Below, piece after piece: positions 60,426 through 64,000 of a stretch of DNA of 64,000 nt. The first letter of the stretch is position 1, and each line of letters begins with the position of its first letter. The translations under genes were made by a program, and so were the position numbers. A model generated the notes under the pieces. That model saw only the letters and a program-made list of their open reading frames with translations, ran no database searches and was not told the DNA's origin. This stretch comes from Lama glama (Eukaryota). The DNA lies in contig CM052818.1 of NCBI GenBank assembly GCA_028534125.1, forward strand, positions 13,828,001-13,892,000, in the 5' to 3' direction.

Positions 60426-63400
60426 AGAGAAAAGTATCCTTCAGTTTCTCAGTATGAAGCCTTTATTTCTGAAGTAACAAGACACCCAACTATAGGAATC
60501 ATTTTTTAAAAATCTATAAGGAGACTTTAAACAATCCTTCGTGACTAGAGCAGGCAACAAATACAAACCTTCATTCCTTCCTTGAATCAAGGAGCACTAC
60601 TGGAGTCAACTGCCAAAATTTTTAGAAGGTTTTGTGACTTACTATATGTTTTACTGTTAAGCTCCACTGAATAAAGGATGTTCTCTCACTAAGGACCAAG
60701 TGTTTTAAAGTTTCAAGAAGTACTCCAAGAACAGTCTACTTCTTTACTTATTTGTTTATGAATTCATCCATGTTTGCTTAATGCTTCTGCTAAGTATTAG
60801 CCAAAATCTAGCCATTTATATTTAGTTGTGTAAATTTAAATTAAATGCTGTAGTATGTTGTGGAATGTACTATATGTCAAGATACAGAGAACATTGTTTT
60901 GGCATGTCAGAGCCTTATTTGGTTAGTAGACTGCATGTGTTGATATTCTTTTTTTTTTTAAGTCAATTATTTTGTTGTATTGCAAAAGAAATTTGCTTTA
61001 TGAGATAACTGAAAAATCCATAGTGAGATAGGAGTTATAAAAAATTTACAGTAATATTAATCTTTCTATATTCCCCATTAAGCAACACTAAGCAATTCAC
61101 ACTGGATCCAAGGTAATTAAAGTGTTTTTTCAAAACATTTTTTAGTAAGGTGGTTTTCTAGCAAATGGCATTCCCAAGATAAAGCTGTTGGGTTTTAACT
61201 CATTTCCCTTCTTTAGTATTGGGTTATGTATGTGTGTTTGTTTTTTTAACTTGAGAGCTGACTGTTGCTTAAGAAGTTTTCTTATGGCAAAAATACTGTA
61301 AATAATTTAGTATGATCTGCATTTTGCCAGGAGCTCATTTATTAGTAAGGTTATCACTTATTAATAAGAACTTTTCTGTTTTTGTCCTTTATAATATTAC
61401 ATTAAAGTTGGTAACTGTTACTAGTACTTTTCAAATATTTGTATGCATTTGTTACCTTAAACATTTGAAAGAAGCACAAAAAAGTAAATTTAGTTAACCC
61501 AGGGAAACATCCATTTTTTTGTAGTTCCAATTTTGTATCACAGTTTTATTTTCTTATGAAATCAAAAAATGCATTGATACTATAATATTTAATGCAAGTT
61601 CATTATCTGACATAAATATCAGAATAATCTTAAAGGTCTGAAATGAGAAAGATACTGACTTTTTTATTTTAATTAACAGTATACTTCTTAGGCTCTCATT
61701 ACCAGCTCTAAAAACCTTTTTGGAATAATCCCATAGTGTGTCATTTCTGAACTGTGTGTTTCATCACTAACTTAGTAGCCATGAGAAATCTCTCCCTTTC
61801 TCTTCCCACACCTTTCTGTCTCTCTCTCTTTTTGGTATCCATTAACAGTGTTATGTTCATAGTCTACTTCCACAAAGACCATTAATGAAAAGAAATACAG
61901 CATGTACAATTGAAAAGAAACTGAAGTGGAAGTTAGAGAACCTGGACTTAATTAATGCCACCATTAACTTAGGTTTTGCCACCTAATAATGTTGTAAAGT
62001 TAAATCACTTTTAAACCCTTGGATGAAAGGTGCTATATAAATGTAAATACAAAGGATTCTTACAAAATACAAATATTGCACAACAGACTTATTTAAAACC
62101 TATTCTCTAGACTTTGAAACATCTTTCTCCATCATGACTCCCTAGATTCAAGTATCAGATTGATAATGGGCATTGTGGCAGTCTAGAGACACTTGCATGT
62201 AAAAAATGTAAATTCATTTCTAGGTGAATAAATTGAAAGTAAATATAGAAATTATGTTTTAGGCAAATACAGTAAGTGGGTAACTTAGAGTTTTATTAAC
62301 TAGCATCTAATTTGCACAACTAGGACACATCCCAGGACATTTACTGTAAGTTAAAATTTAATGCGCAGAAGGTGGCCCATTGAGGGGAATGATATCACAG
62401 CTTGACCTCTCCAGGACAGTAATATCCTATAATAGAGAAACTGCTGACTGAAGCAGCACGTTATTGCTTCAAACAGAAAATGCTTAAGGGCAGCCTATAA
62501 AGTACTGAATCTGAGTAGGCTGTCCCTGAGAAAATACAGCAGGACAACCATGGAAACATTTGAAACTGCAAAAGTAGGAATATTCTTAATTATATTCATT
62601 GCCTTTTTCATACCATTTCAAGAAAGGACTAGATAACCACATGAATATTTGACTTTCTCCAAAAGATACTGTCAGAAGCAAAATTTGTACGAAGTCACAC
62701 ATTTCCCTTATATAGACGACTTCTGCCAAACATAGTATACCCAACTAGAAAATAACTGGAGCCACTTTCCTGACTGGGGTCTGACATGCTTTTAATTAAC
62801 TGGCTCTATTCTAAATCAATACCCAAACCCCTAGGAAATTGAAGAATTTAAGTACAGGGTAATAGCGTCAACCCAGACCTCCAATAAAGTGCTTCAGATC
62901 TGGCAATGTGGAAATGTATGGTCTAAGCTTTTGAACTGGTGGTTACCAAAGAGTTCACAAACAGGTTTGTATGTAGCACCTTTCATGCGAGGCATGGTAA
63001 GAGCCTTTATAAAAATCACTGTGCATATTACAGAATTGCAGCCACCTCACAAATGAAGTATTACAGCCTGCACTGTCTTAACAGTTTTATGTCAGGAAGT
63101 GAAAAAGATACTGTACCAAATCTGGAGTTACAATGAGGAGTAATAATGTATGCTAAATGACTTGTATTTTAAGTTACTTTTGAGAAAATTGGTGAATTTT
63201 TGTGTTTTCTTTTCTGCTACACTTAGTCCTGAGATGTATTTTTTCTTTAAGCATTGAATGAATAATACAAAAGGACCCATTTTATAATATAAACCTTGAT
63301 GTACATGTTGAGACATTTGGACAACAATGAAAATGCCTTAAAAGGAATGCATATGGATAAAGCTGCACTTACAACACCCTTTAACAAAATCTGGTTTTAA

Positions 63401-63500
63401 ATTGTCTTTTTCTTTTCTACTAAGGGTTCTCTCTTTCAATATTTGCCATTGTACTTAAAACTGTTATTAAATACCAAATCAAATAATATAAAAGCTGTAA
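60426..63500 (+). other. CCDC88A: CCDC88A non-coding terminal exon (long AU-rich 3' UTR); 3' end uncertain
   Basis: Long pyrimidine tract then aactaaatacag acceptor; about 3 kb with no obvious repeats; candidate poly(A) signals AATAAA (62227, 62883) and ATTAAA (63466). Confidence 0.7.
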
Positions 63501-64000
63501 CATTTCCTTTAAAAGTAATGCTACTGAGAGATTTGGAGTTGAATGGCAAAATGTTTATTACTTGGCTATACGTAATATAAGCAACATTTCATAACAGAAA
63601 AATCCAGTTCATAACAAAATAGACACCATTGGTTGATTTGTCTTTTTTAAAACATTATTTTCATTTTAGTTTTTAACTTTATTTCTCCTAAAAAAACTAA
63701 GCTGGTTTAATATTCACTTGTCAAACTGATATAAAAAAAAAACAAAGAGGGGGTATTTATAGCAAGTGGCTAGCAATCACACATATATTTTAGTCAAGTA
63801 TTCTCTTTCCCGTCGTCCTGGAAAACTTATTTTCAGAAATAACTCATAATCTTATTTAGATGATTCTGTCCTAATCATTTTAGGATGAGTATTGGAGGTT
63901 TTGGAAAGAAAAAGTCGGGGAACCTATCAGCTTTCTCAATCCCAAAATATGTTTAAATACAGTAATAGATTGTACAGATCAGTCTCTCATTTTGATTTGT

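Larger units (their letters stand above)
1..63500 (+). other. CCDC88A: CCDC88A (Girdin/GIV) gene body, 5'-truncated by the window edge; 3' end approximate
   Basis: 25 GT-AG coding exons join in phase into one 1662-codon ORF with recognisable Girdin peptides (RQHLSVELADAKAKIRRLRQEL, RERQKSL, SPGSEVVTLQQFLEESNK, SNPYATLPR, SREQQSS*). Confidence 0.97.

Noticed and set aside
1..64000. CRISPR arrays, operons, prophage or other prokaryotic systems
   Set aside because: The window is an intron-rich mammalian gene with no regularly spaced repeat-spacer structure or dense ORF packing.

Overview
AT-rich, CpG-poor mammalian genomic DNA, most likely a camelid (alpaca/llama/camel), judged from five tRNA-Ala-derived Vic-1-like SINEs. 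The whole window is the central and 3' part of one + strand gene, CCDC88A (Girdin/GIV). I traced 25 coding exons (about exons 8-32, human numbering by inference) with GT-AG boundaries and consistent phases. They total 4989 nt (1662 codons plus stop) and cover the long coiled coil, the Akt site (RERQKS), the GBA motif and the C-terminal tail. A non-coding last exon follows, after an intron inside the 3' UTR. Introns hold L1, L2, MIR, MLT1, MER5/MER58/Charlie elements, a near full-length Tigger1 and a Tigger1 deletion derivative. Best second-look items: (1) read-through of the exon-31 donor gives a 175-aa open extension ending in WYEYGCV*, a Daple-type PDZ-binding motif (probably the already described GIV-L isoform), with an RBFOX-motif cluster around its stop; (2) a degraded copy of exon 27 about 6 kb upstream with both splice sites deleted; (3) a candidate 87-nt frame-preserving, Cys-rich cassette exon; (4) a candidate 222/225-nt exitron in exon 31; (5) Phe at a position I recall as a PI3K-docking Tyr in human; (6) a tailless U2 snRNA fragment beside the exon-16 donor. 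I see no prokaryotic, CRISPR or viral system. Repeat family names and boundaries are by eye and approximate.
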